This document shows positions 34,771 to 34,789 of a stretch of 34,789 nt of DNA, piece after piece. The stretch comes from Candidatus Zixiibacteriota bacterium (lineage in GTDB: Bacteria; Zixibacteria; MSB-5A5; SM1-73): assembly GCA_029933635.1 (NCBI GenBank), contig JAOZNS010000002.1, forward strand, positions 1-34,789. The letters run 5' to 3'. Position numbers and translations under genes: made by a program. The notes under the pieces were generated by a model. That model was not told the DNA's origin. It saw nothing but the letters and a program-made list of their open reading frames with translations, and searched no databases. Numbering within the stretch: the stretch's first letter is position 1; the number at the start of each line of letters is the position of its first letter.

Positions 34771-34789
34771 ACAAGGCTAAAAATCACCA

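Noticed and set aside
1-34789. Defence systems, CRISPR arrays, prophage, integrase/transposase, toxin-antitoxin pairs, rRNA/tRNA genes
   Set aside because: I found no direct-repeat/spacer arrays. No ORF carries recognisable nuclease/helicase/methylase defence signatures, recombinase motifs or RNA gene structures. The window is mostly core metabolism.

Overview
This is a 34.8-kb gene-dense chromosomal segment, mid-40s %GC by eye. It probably comes from an uncultivated anaerobic bacterium. Clues are a T9SS-type C-terminal sorting domain, dockerin-like modules, ETF with a membrane Fe-S oxidoreductase, and a four-subunit 2-oxoacid:ferredoxin oxidoreductase. I call 35 protein genes. Most are core metabolism or housekeeping: etfBA plus a partial Fe-S oxidoreductase, a RibD-type reductase, asnA, lipA, ogt, trxB, cobO, pckA, malic enzyme, porGDAB and dcd. 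Two accessory-looking blocks stand out. The first is a secreted M23 peptidase and a 7-blade FG-GAP protein, both ending in dockerin-like modules. The second is a 961-aa protein with 14 tandem ~54-aa repeats and a T9SS tail. I saw no rRNA, tRNA, CRISPR array, transposase, integrase or recognisable defence gene. The clearest non-coding feature is a c-di-AMP (ydaO/kimA-class) riboswitch with a perfect TTGACA-17-TATAAT promoter and an intrinsic terminator. It heads a K+-type locus (APC permease, mini membrane protein, membrane-anchored USP, two RCK proteins) that lacks a canonical pore subunit. Other signals are a cluster of REP-like palindromes (including a perfect 28-nt one), three phased GTGATCA repeats upstream of a sigma-region-4/RHH gene pair, and a CRP-like TGTGA-N6-TCACA motif at three energy-metabolism promoters. 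I found no convincing new multi-gene system. The best candidates for undescribed biology are the 14-repeat T9SS cargo, the riboswitch-controlled split K+ locus, the dockerin-tagged pair and the sigma-r4/RHH module. All calls come from reading the sequence and recalled family signatures; no searches were run.
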